From an uncultured Gemmatimonadales bacterium (GTDB lineage Bacteria; Gemmatimonadota; Gemmatimonadetes; Gemmatimonadales; GWC2-71-9): a DNA stretch of 64,000 bases. The notes under the pieces were generated by a model. The model was not told the origin of the DNA, made no database searches, and saw only the letters and a list, made by a program, of their open reading frames with translations. This document shows, piece after piece, positions 1 to 9,708 of the stretch; the first letter of the stretch is position 1, and each line of letters begins with the position of its first letter. The translations under genes were made by a program, and so were the position numbers. Location of the stretch: NCBI GenBank assembly GCA_963821525.1, contig CAWGED010000019.1, positions 288,001 through 352,000 on the forward strand, written 5' to 3'.

Positions 1-1150
1 CCGAGATCGGCTTGGGATGACACGCGTCGCTGGCATCGAACACCACGATGCCGTTCTTCCGGTCCGAGGCACCCTCACGGGAGAAGACGCCGTACTTGCC
101 GTCCTCGGTCGTCATCACGTCGTTCACGATCCGGGAATTGGTCATCATCGAGTCAACGATGGCCGGCTTCTTGGGATCGCTCACATTGATGGCATAGACC
201 CGGTCCGCGATCGTAGACATGTAGACGCACTGTCCATTCGGATGCACCCACGCTTCGGCGCCCCGGAACGCCAGCGGAACCCGGCCCTGCACCTCGAGAC
301 CCCGGCGCACCTCGCGCTGGGTCACCTGAACCACCGCTTCGGCGTTCTGTCCACCCAGCGTGGCCGTTACCGTGTACGTCCCCGGAGTCTCGGCGACGAA
401 CGCGCCGTCTCCATCGACCTGGGCGACGCCCGGAGTCTCCGCGACCGCCCAGCGCACCACGACGCCTTCAACCGCCTTCCCCGCCGCATCCTTTCCGGCC
501 GCCTTGAAGCGAATGACGTCTCCGGTCCGCACGTTCGAGGTAGCCGGATCGATGCTGAGTCGCGCCACCCGATTGGCCGATACCTGGATATCGAACGGAT
601 GAGTCGCGGCACCAGCCTTGGCGGTAATCGTGGCCTTCCCCGGCGCCACCGCCGAGAGACGGCCGTCCGCGCTGACGGTGACGATCTTGGAATTGCTGGA
701 AGTGAAGCTGACCGCGTCGTCGCGCTGGTCTCCCTGCTTGCTGTAGGCGACGCCGGTGAGGGTGAGCCGCGATCCCACCATCAGGTGGCTCAGCGCGGGC
801 GTGACCTCGATCTTCGAGGCGGCAAGGGGCTTCACTTTGATGATCGCCTCACCGAACGCGGGCTTGGCGCCCTTCACCGATGCCACCACCGCCACCCGCA
901 TCTGGCCCCGATATCCCGCCGTCACCAGACCGGTCGAATCGACCGTGCCCTCATCGCCATTGATGAAGTACTGCAGCGTCGCGCTTGGAACCACGCTGCC
1001 GGCGGAATCAAGCGCCTTGGCGCTGAGCTGGATCGTCTGCCCTACTTCGACTTCGGCGGCAGGCGGGGTAACCTCGACGTGGGCGACCGGGGAAGGGGCC
1101 GGCGCCTGGGCGGGTTGCTGCTGCAACGCAAGCAGTAGACTGAGCAACAT
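1..1150 (-). CDS. Secreted Ig-like (Big_2-type) repeat protein with LVIVD-like C-terminal region; 3' end runs off the window
   Basis: Own translation from ATG 1150: MLLSLLLALQQQPAQAPAPSPVAHVEVTP..., repeated Ig-like motifs (VTVSADGRLSAVAPGKATITA), then YAINVSDPKKPAIVD. Open to the window edge, so absent from the ORF track. Confidence 0.75.
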   Translation of the reverse strand, partial: MLLSLLLALQQQPAQAPAPSPVAHVEVTPPAAEVEVGQTIQLSAKALDSAGSVVPSATLQYFINGDEGTVDSTGLVTAGYRGQMRVAVVASVKGAKPAFGEAIIKVKPLAASKIEVTPALSHLMVGSRLTLTGVAYSKQGDQRDDAVSFTSSNSKIVTVSADGRLSAVAPGKATITAKAGAATHPFDIQVSANRVARLSIDPATSNVRTGDVIRFKAAGKDAAGKAVEGVVVRWAVAETPGVAQVDGDGAFVAETPGTYTVTATLGGQNAEAVVQVTQREVRRGLEVQGRVPLAFRGAEAWVHPNGQCVYMSTIADRVYAINVSDPKKPAIVDSMMTNSRIVNDVMTTEDGKYGVFSREGASDRKNGIVVFDASDACHPKPIS

Positions 1151-1352
1151 GCGGGCTCCAGGGATGCAGAGTATTGGTACGGTGAATTGGGCCGGGGAAT
1201 CTACAGCACGGACTGCAAACTGAATACTGCCTGATCTACGGCGGTTTCAGGCGCAAGATTCAGCGCCAAGGTCGTGGCGTCGCGCTACTTCACAGTTCAT
1301 TCCGGAACCAGACGCTTACCGCTTGCGCCATAGTGATTTACATTCCCGCCCC

Positions 1353-2243
1353 ATGACGAATCCGCTTCCCGCCAAGGTGGTCCTGGGCCTGGTGCAGATG
1401 GCCATGTCGGACGACAAGCCCGACAACATGCGCCGCGCGGTCGCCGGCGTCAGGGAGGCCGCAGCCAAGGGCGCCAAGGTCATCTGTCTGCCCGAGCTGT
1501 TCCTGAGCCGGTACTTCTGCCAGGTCGAGGACCACCGCTTCTTCCAGCTCGCCGAGCCGATTCCGGGACCGAGTACCACCTCGCTCGGCGCCCTGGCCAA
1601 GGAGCTTGGTGTCGTCATCATCGCATCGCTGTTCGAGAAGCGCGCCGAAGGTCTGTATCACAACACCACCGCGATTCTCGATGCCGACGGGAAATACCTC
1701 GGCAAATACCGGAAGATGCACATTCCGGACGACCCCAACTATTACGAGAAGTTCTATTTCACCCCGGGCGATCTCGGTTTCCGCTCCTGGGACACGCAGC
1801 ACGCCAAGGCCGGCGTACTCATTTGCTGGGACCAATGGTACCCCGAGGCCGCAAGGCTCACTGCGCTGACCGGGGCGCAGATCCTCTTCTATCCCACTGC
1901 GATCGGTTGGCTCATTCCCGAAAAGGCGGAGTACGGCGCGGCCCAGCAGGCCTCGTGGGAGACGATCCAGCGAAGCCACGCGATCGCGAACGGCGTCTAC
2001 GTGGTGGCCGTCAACCGGGTCGGCGTTGAGCCGGGGCCCAACCAGGGGATCGAGTTCTGGGGCGGCAGCTTCGTCGCGGCTCCCAACGGCGAGATCATCG
2101 CGAAGGCGGGCACCGGCGAGGAGACGATCGTGGTCGAAGTGGACACTGGTCGAGTCGACGTCGCGCGCACGCACTGGCCGTTTCTGCGGGACCGGAGAGT
2201 CGATGCGTATGGGGGGATGACGAGTCGGTATTTGGATGACTGA
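1353..2243 (+). CDS. aguB: N-carbamoylputrescine amidase (carbon-nitrogen hydrolase family)
   Basis: Nitrilase triad motifs CLPELF, YRKMHIPDDP-YYEKFYF, ICWDQWYPEAAR; ends WPFLRDRR; next to agmatine deiminase. Confidence 0.9.
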   Translation: MTNPLPAKVVLGLVQMAMSDDKPDNMRRAVAGVREAAAKGAKVICLPELFLSRYFCQVEDHRFFQLAEPIPGPSTTSLGALAKELGVVIIASLFEKRAEGLYHNTTAILDADGKYLGKYRKMHIPDDPNYYEKFYFTPGDLGFRSWDTQHAKAGVLICWDQWYPEAARLTALTGAQILFYPTAIGWLIPEKAEYGAAQQASWETIQRSHAIANGVYVVAVNRVGVEPGPNQGIEFWGGSFVAAPNGEIIAKAGTGEETIVVEVDTGRVDVARTHWPFLRDRRVDAYGGMTSRYLDD

Positions 2244-2244
2244 C

Positions 2245-2641
2245 CTATTGCCGATTGCCGATTGCTGATTGCCGATTGCGGCTCACTCGCTCCACACTCT
2301 TTTCCGCAGTTCGACGAGCTGCGATTACGATCGAGAGCAGTTCATTGCCCTCAACTAGAAGCGCCTCAATCCGCTCGCGGGATGCCGATCCGAGATCTCT
2401 GAGCAACTCCAACCAGAAAAGGGTTTCGTCGCATTCCTCAACGACGATACTGAGCTTCGCGACGAACTCGCGCCGGGACCGGGCTCGGCAAACAGCTCGA
2501 TAGTTTGCCCCGACAGACGTTGCCGACCGCGTGAGTTGATCGCAGATGATCTGCGCATTCTCTCGATCGAGGCAGACTGCGACAGACCAACACAACTTGA
2601 AGGGCGAACGCCTTTGTCCGCCGCTTCATTTGAGAGGTCAT
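2245..2641 (-). CDS. Four-helix-bundle protein (23S rRNA-IVP / Avd-like family); one frameshift near 2557
   Basis: MKRRTKAFALQV...QLTRSATSVGANYRAVCRARSRREFVAKLSIVVEECDETLFWLELL joined across two frames. Start could be 2674. Confidence 0.85.
2246..2280 (+). repeat. Heptamer array, left arm of element A (5 units)
   Basis: TATTGCC GATTGCC GATTGCT GATTGCC GATTGCG. Confidence 0.9.
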
Positions 2642-2747
2642 CCCGCTTGTGTCAGGCCTGTGATCGAGCTCCATGGCGGGCAAGTTGTGGCATCAGGGTG
2701 GGTGAAACGGCACCCAAATGTTTCATCCACAGCCAAAGGAAACGCCG

Positions 2748-2782
2748 TACAATCAGCAATCGACAATCGGCAATCGTCAATT
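2748..2782 (-). repeat. Heptamer array, right arm of element A (5 units, inverted)
   Basis: TACAATC AGCAATC GACAATC GGCAATC GTCAATT; reverse complement matches the left arm at 28/35. Confidence 0.9.
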
Positions 2783-2785
2783 TTC

Positions 2786-3873
2786 ATGTCTAACCCGACT
2801 CCGGCTACGCTCGGCTACCAGATGCCGCCAGAATGGTGGCAGCACCGGGGCACCTGGCTGAGCTGGCCTCACAGAGAATCATCGTGGCCCGGGAAGTTCC
2901 AGCCCGTGCCTCATGTCTTCGCCGAGATGGTGCGACTTCTCTCTCCGCACGAGGAAGTGCACATCAACGTCACCGGCCAGGAGATGGAAGACGCGGTACG
3001 GGCAATTCTGGTGGAACATGGCATCGCACCGTCGGCAATTGGCCGAGCCGCGAGCGCCGAGCCGTCGAGCGTTGTTGTTTCCACCACAACCCCACCAACG
3101 ACGCCTGGTGCCGCGACCACGGCCCCTGCTTCATCCAGCGCAACGTGAATGGCCGGCGCGAGGAGGCCATTGTGGACTGGGGGTACAACGCGTGGGGCGG
3201 GAAATATCCGCCGTTCGAAGATGACGACGTGATCCCCACGAAAATCGCCGAGGAGTTTGGGATTCCGGTCTACCACCCGGGCATCGTGATGGAGGGAGGC
3301 AGCCTCGATGTGAACGGAGCGGGGACCCTGCTGACCACCGAATCCTGCCTGCTCAACCCCAACCGCAATCCCTCGCTCACCCGGGAGGAGATCGAGCGTT
3401 ACCTGATGGACTACCTGGGCGTTCGCCACATCCTCTGGCTGGGCGAGGGGATCGTGGGCGACGACACCGATGGCCACGTGGACGACCTGTCTCGGTTCAC
3501 CGATCCCTCCACCATCGTCACCGCGGTGGAAATGGATTCGAGCGACGAGAACTACCGGCCGCTGAAGGAGAACCTCGATCGTCTCCGCGGCATGCGGGAC
3601 CAGGACGGCAATCCCTTCCGAATCGTCACCCTGCCGATGCCGCCGGCGGCGTACTACGAAGGACAACGGCTCCCGGCGAGCTACGCCAACTTCTACATCG
3701 CGAACGGCGTCGTTCTCCTGCCGTCTTACGACCCGACGACCGACGAGATCGCCCGCCAAACCCTGCAGCGCTGCTTCCCGACCCGCCGGGTCACCCTGCT
3801 CGATTCCCGGGACCTGATCTGGGGACTGGGGTCATTTCATTGTGTGACGCAGCAGTGGCCGGGGGTGGGATAG
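2786..3873 (+). CDS. aguA: Agmatine deiminase; frameshift near 3070
   Basis: MPPEW..TWLSWPH, then TNDAWCRDHGP, MEGGSLDVNGAGTLLTTESCLLNPNRN, DTDGHVDD, GSFHCVTQQ. Confidence 0.9.
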
Positions 3874-3886
3874 GCGAGATCTTGGT

Positions 3887-3921
3887 GATTGAAGATTGAG
3901 GATTTCAGATTGAAGATTTTC
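3887..3921 (+). repeat. Heptamer array, left arm of element B (5 units)
   Basis: GATTGAA GATTGAG GATTTCA GATTGAA GATTTTC. Confidence 0.9.
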
Positions 3922-4279
3922 GGCTCGCGACCTTCCGCTCGAGCGTCAGCTTTGTCGCGGCTACAATCGCGACAAGCTCGCTGGCCTCTTTCAAAAGCGG
4001 ACTGATAGCCTCGATCTTTGCGACGCCCGACTCCGCCGCCAGTTCGAACCAGAACACCGACTCGTCCGCCTCCTCGAGAACAATCCCAATTTTTGCAGCA
4101 AACTCGCGGCGTGACCTCGCTCGACAGGCGGCACGGTAATTGGCCCCTATCGAGGAAGAGCTCCGTATCAATTGTCCCGCAATGACCCTGCCCTCAACCG
4201 TAGCCGGCAAGGTTCGGCAGAACCGAATCGCACCTGCGGCGAAAGCTCTGGTTCGCCGCTTCATTTCTTCCGGGGTCAC
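3905..4279 (-). CDS. Four-helix-bundle protein (23S rRNA-IVP / Avd-like family), intact
   Basis: MTPEEMKRRTRAFA...QLIRSSSSIGANYRAACRARSRREFAAKIGIVLEEADESVFWFEL; stop codon lies inside the left heptamer arm. Confidence 0.9.
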   Translation of the reverse strand: MTPEEMKRRTRAFAAGAIRFCRTLPATVEGRVIAGQLIRSSSSIGANYRAACRARSRREFAAKIGIVLEEADESVFWFELAAESGVAKIEAISPLLKEASELVAIVAATKLTLERKVASRKSSI

Positions 4280-4386
4280 ACCGAACAATTACCCTGCCCT
4301 GGGCCCGGTAGCCCCGCCATAGAAACGCAAGCCGGGTCCTCCGCACGCGCGAGGAACCCGGCCCTTACTGTCCAATACTTCTGATT

Positions 4387-4421
4387 TCAAATCTTCAATC
4401 TGAAATCTTCAATCTGAAATC
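4387..4421 (-). repeat. Heptamer array, right arm of element B (5 units, inverted)
   Basis: TCAAATC TTCAATC TGAAATC TTCAATC TGAAATC; reverse complement matches the left arm at 30/35. Confidence 0.9.
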
Positions 4422-4427
4422 GCCTCC

Positions 4428-6577
4428 CTACTTCAGAAACAACATCTCCCGATAGGTTGGCATTGGCCACAAACTCGACTCCACGTGCAGCTCGATCGTG
4501 TCGGCCAGGGTGCGGAGGTCGGCCATGGCGGGCTTGACCTTCTCCTTGATCCACTGCGCGTGCTTGATCGGGTCGCCATCCTCGTGAGCGACCGCCTTCT
4601 CCAGGCTGCCCAGTGCTTCCCGGAACCGGGAGACCAGGTTGACGAACTCGCCCAGCGCCTGGTGGGTATCCAGGCACTTGACCCCGGCCGCCTCGGTCAC
4701 CGACACCGCCTGCGCCACCTTCGCCTGATGCTGCAGCGCCGCGGGCAGGATCATCGTGCGCGCCATGGTGATCATGGTCTGCGCCTCGATGTCGATCTGC
4801 TTGACGTACTTCTCGTACGCGATGTGGGTCCGCGAATCGAGCTCGGCCTTGTTCAGGACGCCGTACTTCTTGAACAGGTCCGCGATCTTCTTCTGGCGCA
4901 GGACCGCGAACGCCTCGACCGAGTCCCGGAAGTGCGGCAGGCCGCGCTCCTCGGCCTCATCGTGCCACTCGGCGGAGTAGTTGTCGCCCTCCGAAGATCA
5001 CCCGCTTGTGCTGCCGGATCACCTTCTTGAGCACCGAGAGCACCGCGGCCTGCAGCCGGGCGGGCGTCGGGGTCTTCCCCGCAGCCTTCTCCAGCTCCGT
5101 CGCCATGTAGTCGAGCGATTCGGCGGCGATCGTGTTCAGCACCGTGTTGGGCCAGGCGATGGTCTGGCTCGAGCCCACGGCGCGGAACTCGAACTTGTTC
5201 CCGGTGAAGGCGAAGGGAGAGGTCCGGTTCCGGTCTCCCGAGTGCCGGGGGAGCTGGGGCAGCGTCCGGGCGCCCAGATTCAGCGTCCCGCCCCGGATGG
5301 TGCGCTTGGGCAGGCCCTTCTCGACCTGGTCGCAGGATGTCCTCGAGCATGTCGCCCAGGAACATCGAGATGATCGCCGGAGGCGCCTCGTTGGCGCCCA
5401 GACGGTGATCGTTCGGCGCCGAGGCGATCGAGGCCCGCAGCAGATCGGCATGGAGATCCACGCGCCCGGATCACGGCGCAGAGGAACACCAGGAACTGCA
5501 TGTTGGTGTGGGTCTCATCCTGCGGGTCGAGGAGGTTCACCCCGGTATCGGTCGCCATCGACCAGTTGTTGTGCTTGCCCGATCCATTGACGCCGGCGAA
5601 CGGCTTCTCGTGCAGCAGAGCCGCGAGGCCGTGCCGCTCCGCCACCCGCTTCAGCGTCTCCATCATGAGCATCTGATGGTCGCTCGCGATCTGGCTCATT
5701 TCGAACAGCGGAGCAATCTCGTACTGCGCGCGGGGCCACCTCGTTGTGCCGGGTCTTGACCGGCACTCCCAGGCGATAGAGCTCCCGCTCGCAGTCGGCC
5801 ATGCAGGCCAGAACGCGCTGGGGGATCACCCCGAAGTACTGGTCCTCGAGCTGCTGACCCTTGGGAGGCCGGGCGCCGAAGAGGGTCCGCTCGCAGGTGA
5901 GCAGATCAGGCCGCTGGAAGAAGTACTCCCGGTCGATCAGGAAGTACTCCTGCTCCGGGCCCACCGTGGTGTAGACCTTGGTGACCCCCTCGTCGTTGCC
6001 GAAGATCTTCAGGATCCGGAGCGCCTGCTTGGAGAGCGCCTCCATCGAGCGGAGCAGCGGGATCTTGGTGTCCAGCGCCTCGCCGGTCCAGGAAACGAAC
6101 GCGGTGGGGATCACCAGGGTCGTGGCGCCGTTCGCCCCGCATGAGAAACGCCGGGCTGGTAACATCCCACGCCGTGTAGCCGCGGGCCTCGAAGGTGGCC
6201 CGAAGGCCGCCCGACGGAAAACTCGAGGCGTCCGGCTCGCCCTGTACCAGCTCCGATCCCGAGAAGTTGTAGATCACCCCGCCCTGCCCGTCGGGCTGAA
6301 CCAGCGAATCGTGCTTCTCCGCGGTCAGCCCGGTCAGCGGCTGGAACCAGTGAGTAAAGTGCGTGGCGCCATTCTCGATGGCCCAGTCCTTCATGGCCGA
6401 AGCGACGACATCGGCCACCTTGGGATCGAGCGGCTCGCCCCGATCGATGGTCCGCAGCAGACTCCGGAAGACATCCTTGGGGAGGCGCTGGCGCATGACG
6501 TCACGGGAGAAGACGTCGGCGCTGAAGATGGTGTCAATGCGGACGGGCGTACCGTTGGAAACGGCAGGAATCGTCAC
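4428..6577 (-). CDS. glnN: Glutamine synthetase type III; about 5 frameshifts
   Basis: GSIII motifs across six consecutive frame segments: [93 protein letters not shown]. Confidence 0.9.
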
Positions 6578-6778
6578 CGGATCGAAGCCTCAAGCTGGGG
6601 TTGCGCGGAGGTGCGGCTGACGCGGCGGGAAATTAATGAGGAGTCAGGCGGATGGTAGGGCGCCGGGGATTCGCGGCCAGGCGGATCGACGGCTCGGCAA
6701 AGCTAAACGGCTCCAGACGAGATCGGGCCCGGCGCTTTTCGATCCGCCGAGCCAACCAGCCGCTGAGCCGTGCTAGGA

Positions 6779-6979
6779 CTACTTCTCTGCTGCCTTGCGG
6801 GCGGTCTTCCGCTTCCGTCGACGCGCTTCGGCCGCCTTCAAGGCCTTGGCCTCGCTGGGCTTCACGTAGTACCGCTTCTTCCGCAGGTCCCGGAGGATGC
6901 CCGACTTCACCATCTTCCGCTTGAACGCCTTGAGGGCCACATCCAACCGATCGTCCTCTCCCAACCGAACTTCGATCAT
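6779..6979 (-). CDS. rpsU: 30S ribosomal protein S21
   Basis: ALKAFKRKMVKSGILRDLRKKRYYVKPSE; 66 aa, basic. Confidence 0.9.
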   Translation of the reverse strand: MIEVRLGEDDRLDVALKAFKRKMVKSGILRDLRKKRYYVKPSEAKALKAAEARRRKRKTARKAAEK

Positions 6980-7071
6980 GAATCACTCCCGTGGGCCGTC
7001 GGCCCGAGAAGCCGACGGGGCCACCTCTTCCGGGGCGGCCCCGCCTGCGCTGACTGTGTCCAGAAGTGGAT

Positions 7072-7284
7072 TTACTTCTGGATCTTGGCGACGTTCTGCG
7101 CGGCCGGGCCCTTCGGGCCCTGGACCATGTCGAACTCCACCAGGTCGCCTTCCTGAAGCGACTTGAATCCGCTGCCCTGAATGGCCGAATGATGGACGAA
7201 GCAATCCTTCTGCCCGTCGGCCGGCGTCACAAAGCCAAAGCCCTTCGCATCATTGAACCACTTCACGGTACCGGTTGTACGCAT
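7072..7284 (-). CDS. Cold-shock protein (CspA family)
   Basis: [40 protein letters not shown] Shine-Dalgarno upstream. Confidence 0.95.
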   Translation of the reverse strand: MRTTGTVKWFNDAKGFGFVTPADGQKDCFVHHSAIQGSGFKSLQEGDLVEFDMVQGPKGPAAQNVAKIQK

Positions 7285-7432
7285 CACCTGCTCCTTGCTG
7301 AACATGTTGTATGGTCGGCCGGAGCATGGTGTCACCGTACCTACCAAAAATGGGGGACCCGGCTTGAGCCAGATCCCCGAGAATGCCCCGCTGGCCGAAT
7401 GCTCAGCGCAGATCGGCCGCCGGGCGGAGGTA

Positions 7433-7461
7433 ACAGTACAAGCCAGAGGGGTTTCGGTCAA
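7433..7461 (-). promoter_or_regulatory. Sigma70-like promoter of the csp gene
   Basis: Minus strand TTGACC-17nt-TACTGT. Confidence 0.55.
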
Positions 7462-7486
7462 CAGTCCGGCCCTTCCCCACCCAGTC

Positions 7487-8608
7487 TCAGTCCGCCGGGA
7501 CCAGCCGCCCCCCACGCGCCATCCCTATCCGGACCCCAAGGCTGGGCACGTCCCCGTTGGAATCGAACACGATCCGGCCAACCACCCCGTCGAAGGAAGG
7601 CTCCTCATTCCCGACTCGGGCCAGCGCTCGTCTGACGCCCGACCGGCTGGCACCGCCCCCAGCAATAGCGGCGGCGATGAGTCGAACGGCGTCGTAGGTC
7701 GCGGCACCCCCTTGGTCCGGCAAGCCCGCGTCCGGAAAAGCGCGACGGTAGGCATTCACGAAGGTGCGGTTGGTGATCCCGATGGCCGAAGGCAGGTACC
7801 CCGATGAGATGTAGACCCCGTCGGCCAAGGTGTCCCGGCTCTCGATTCCGACAAACCCGTCACCCGCCAGCAGTGGCAACCCGAGCTTGGCGCCGCGGAC
7901 CTGACTCAGGACCGGAATACCCTCGGCCTGATTCGCCGCGATCAGCAGCAGTTGAGCCCTCGCCTCCTTCCGGATCCGGTCCAGATAGGGCGAAACGTCG
8001 GGCTTCTCGAACAGGAACGGGTCGGCCTCTACGACCTCACCGCCCAGTCGCTTGAACTCCTCAGAGAAGGTGATGCGGATCCCTCGCCCGTACTCGTCAT
8101 TCACGTAGAGCACAGCCGCCCGGGTGAGCCGCAGCTTGTTGTAGGCGAACTGGGCCAGGGCGGCTCCATAGGCCAAATCGGTCGCACAGATCCGGAAGGT
8201 GTAGTCCCCGGCCCCGCTGAGGACGGGAGATGACGCCGAGGGAGACAGCTGCACCAGGGGACGGCGACCGCCGTTGTAAACCGGGGCGGCGGTAATTGTG
8301 GCGCCGGAGTAAGCGCTGCCGATGACCGCCACAACGTCAGAGGCGTATAACTCGGCCGCGACCTGCACCGCTGAATCCGGCTCACCAAAGTCATCCCGCC
8401 GGAGCAGCTCCAACGGCCTCCCATTTACCCCACCCGCCTCGTTGATCTGTCGCAGCGCGAGATCGGCACCCCGTATCATGGGAAGGACGGCCGGATCGGT
8501 TAACGGCAGCGAGAGACCGATCCGGATCGGTTTTTTCCCGCCGCAAGCAGCGACGACAAACCCGGCGCCAATCGCCAGGGTGAGCACGGAAATCCCTAGC
8601 CTCCTCAC
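7487..8608 (-). CDS. Branched-chain amino acid ABC transporter substrate-binding lipoprotein (LivJ/LivK-like)
   Basis: Lipobox [46 protein letters not shown]. Confidence 0.85.
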   Translation of the reverse strand: MRRLGISVLTLAIGAGFVVAACGGKKPIRIGLSLPLTDPAVLPMIRGADLALRQINEAGGVNGRPLELLRRDDFGEPDSAVQVAAELYASDVVAVIGSAYSGATITAAPVYNGGRRPLVQLSPSASSPVLSGAGDYTFRICATDLAYGAALAQFAYNKLRLTRAAVLYVNDEYGRGIRITFSEEFKRLGGEVVEADPFLFEKPDVSPYLDRIRKEARAQLLLIAANQAEGIPVLSQVRGAKLGLPLLAGDGFVGIESRDTLADGVYISSGYLPSAIGITNRTFVNAYRRAFPDAGLPDQGGAATYDAVRLIAAAIAGGGASRSGVRRALARVGNEEPSFDGVVGRIVFDSNGDVPSLGVRIGMARGGRLVPAD

Positions 8609-8884
8609 CGTCCTGCTCCCGTGGGCGGGATAGTCTTGTCGGCGGCGGGCACGGCACTGAGGACCAGCGCATGACGCATGACAGGGATTTCCGGATGGGG
8701 ATGGAGGCGTGAACTGTCCGGAAAAATGGCGGGGCCTGTCCCCAGCCACCAGAGGACTACAAGCGGCTTCCGTTTTGTCTGACAGACTGATATCGGCGCG
8801 AACGCCAGATTGGCCTCCGCATCGGGCCGCTATCCTCCGGCGGGGCCCGACGCTGCAGGACGACAATTGTCTTGGAGCAGGTCT

Positions 8885-9622
8885 ATGTGTGCCCGTATCG
8901 GTAGTAACCCGAGCTCAGAATGGGGTCAGCTCGGCCGCATTACGCTTTTCGTCCTACCGTTTCTCCTTGCATCTTGTTCAGACAGCAGTTCCCCCGCCAA
9001 CAGCATGAACCCTTCCAATGGCCGGACCTACGCCGGCAGGCTAGGCCACCGCAGCACGGTATCCGACAGCGGCGCCACCGAACCGGCCGAAATAGAGCTG
9101 TTCGCACCCGATGACGGCGACCGAGCGGGAACCGACGGAGTCGGCTGGTTCGTAGACATCGCGGTGGAGTTCGATGGGAATCTGAAGAGCACAGGTTTCA
9201 AGGGTAACCAGCTGACTGGCGGCGGAGTTCACAACAACGCCCCACCGTTCCCCGGCAACTTTGGTGTTGGCGCGGATGACAAATTCCCCGGACTAGTCGT
9301 CCTGATCTCGACTACCAGCCCAGCGATAGGCGGATCCTGTCAGAACCTGGCCGATGCCTTCAACCTCACTGGAGTTACCAACCGGGGCGAGGGAGGGACG
9401 GAGATCTGGGATACCTGGATTATTGGCGCGCCATTGTTCGGGCGTAACACGCCGAGCACGATTTGGGTCGCCGAGGTCGCGGACCTCAACCAGAACGGGA
9501 TTCACGACGATGCTCCGGACGTAGTTCCGGACGTGAACCACGACGGAATCTGCGACGCGACCGACATAGACGCGCTGGGATTGGATTCGGAGATTGCAGT
9601 CAGGAATTTCTTCATCCGGTAG
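8885..9622 (+). CDS. Hypothetical lipoprotein with C-terminal Ca-binding-like motifs
   Basis: Lipobox LLASC; DLNQNGIHDD and DVNHDGICDATD motifs. Start uncertain. Confidence 0.6.
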   Translation: MCARIGSNPSSEWGQLGRITLFVLPFLLASCSDSSSPANSMNPSNGRTYAGRLGHRSTVSDSGATEPAEIELFAPDDGDRAGTDGVGWFVDIAVEFDGNLKSTGFKGNQLTGGGVHNNAPPFPGNFGVGADDKFPGLVVLISTTSPAIGGSCQNLADAFNLTGVTNRGEGGTEIWDTWIIGAPLFGRNTPSTIWVAEVADLNQNGIHDDAPDVVPDVNHDGICDATDIDALGLDSEIAVRNFFIR

Positions 9623-9660
9623 GCTTCCGCAGGATCCTGCGGGTTTGCTGCAGGAACAGG

Positions 9661-9705
9661 TCGGCCGTCAGCCTCAGGAGGAAGGGCTGACGGCCGAACC
9701 TTTTT
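9661..9705 (+). terminator. Rho-independent terminator
   Basis: 13-bp stem TCGGCCGTCAGCC/GGCTGACGGCCGA followed by TTTTT, between convergent genes. Confidence 0.75.
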
Positions 9706-9708
9706 CAG

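Noticed and set aside
17..1138. 373-aa plus-strand ORF and other long antisense ORFs (e.g. 27921..30107, 22965..24605, 59201..60709)
   Set aside because: Shadow frames of real opposite-strand genes in GC-rich DNA.
2245..4421. Diversity-generating retroelement suggested by Avd-like genes
   Set aside because: No reverse transcriptase and no template/variable repeat pair seen in the window.
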